NCBI GenBank assembly: GCA_963792535.1
Contig: CAWBWQ010000001.1
Location: forward strand, 160,001-224,000
DNA from: an uncultured Phycisphaerales bacterium
GTDB lineage: Bacteria; Planctomycetota; Phycisphaerae; Tepidisphaerales; Tepidisphaeraceae
Reading direction: 5' to 3'
DNA: 64,000 nt
Shown: piece after piece, positions 63,383 through 64,000 of the stretch
Position numbering within the stretch: the first letter of the stretch is position 1
Layout of the letters: each line of letters begins with the position of its first letter
Notes under the pieces: model-generated
The model's input: only the letters and a program-made list of their open reading frames with translations
The model's database searches: none
What the model was told of the DNA's origin: nothing
Program-made: the position numbers and the translations under genes

Positions 63383-64000
63383 CTACCGATTTGCGTACAT
63401 CATGTTCCGCATGCCGATCCAATACGTCTGGAAAAGATATAAAGCGGAAATGACCACCAGTGCGCACAGGGCATAGAGGTAAATCATCGGTGAATTGAAG
63501 GGTAACGCGGCGGCAAAGAGCGTGCGGGCAAGTTGGTAACCTTCGACAAGCACAAGCGCGGCGACCCCGACAGGAACGTAATGAGCGGAATGGTAATACA
63601 TGCCGCGGAGCACGACGGTATAGGGCAGACGCAGGCCGCGGTAGGTGGCTTCCAGCGTGGTTAATCGACCGGCCAGGCGGGTGATCCAGTCCAGCGAAAC
63701 ATAGGTCAGCAGGGTCAGGCCGAAGAGGAGGATTGCGAACATCGCCCAGGGCCCGCCGGGAAAATCCGGAGCCATGGGCGCGACGCGATAGGAAAACCAT
63801 ACCGCGTGCGTTGAACCGGCAAGGGCGAACATCGCGCCGGCGATCCACCAGTGAATTCGAGCGAAGCCTTGCGCGGCGGCGACCGAACCGCGGACATTCA
63901 GCGTCCGATAAAACCGCGCGGGCCGTAAAATGATCTCCATGGTGCTGGTGACAAACACCTTGAACCGATTTCCAGATGGCGGCGATTCCCACGCGGGCGG
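63383..64000 (-). CDS. Hypothetical multi-pass membrane protein, 5' end beyond window
   Basis: Frame is open to base 64000 (PPAWESPPSGNRFKVF...); four TM helices; ends MMYANR. Confidence 0.7.
   Translation of the reverse strand, partial: PPAWESPPSGNRFKVFVTSTMEIILRPARFYRTLNVRGSVAAAQGFARIHWWIAGAMFALAGSTHAVWFSYRVAPMAPDFPGGPWAMFAILLFGLTLLTYVSLDWITRLAGRLTTLEATYRGLRLPYTVVLRGMYYHSAHYVPVGVAALVLVEGYQLARTLFAAALPFNSPMIYLYALCALVVISALYLFQTYWIGMRNMMYANR

Noticed and set aside
1..64000. tRNA, rRNA, tmRNA, SRP RNA, RNase P RNA, TPP/SAM/cobalamin/ZTP riboswitches
   Set aside because: No matching conserved motifs were seen by eye in intergenic regions; an Infernal/tRNAscan run is needed to exclude them formally.

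Overview
This GC-rich bacterial window most likely comes from a Planctomycetota (Phycisphaerae/Tepidisphaerales-like) genome, judged from a LEPRxLL-type secreted protein, a PEP-CTERM protein and a prepilin/DUF1559-like gene. About 17 genes, including leuC, purF and galU, are split by 1-2 nt indels, which points to an unpolished long-read assembly. Bases ~12-64 kb are mostly housekeeping, transport and redox genes (leuC, galU, HU, thiL, tsaE, xylB, rpsU, tyrS, purN, pdxH, glbO, ClC, EmrAB-like, trmL, purF). The first 12 kb is an accessory island. It contains an HUH/Y1 REP-associated tyrosine transposase (RAYT-like, missed by the ORF track because it runs off the window edge), a second truncated RAYT, and more than a dozen copies of a short AAAGGGG(T/A)C terminal-repeat motif (TIR). 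The TIRs form palindromic mini-elements, stutter in tandem, separate a ~320-bp direct duplication, truncate genes at their tips, attract IS5-family insertions and bound secreted-protein genes like cassettes. Also seen: a separate GTAG-REP/MITE family, heptamer arrays directly before start codons, a candidate structured RNA and a sigma54 promoter. No tRNA, rRNA or CRISPR array was recognised.
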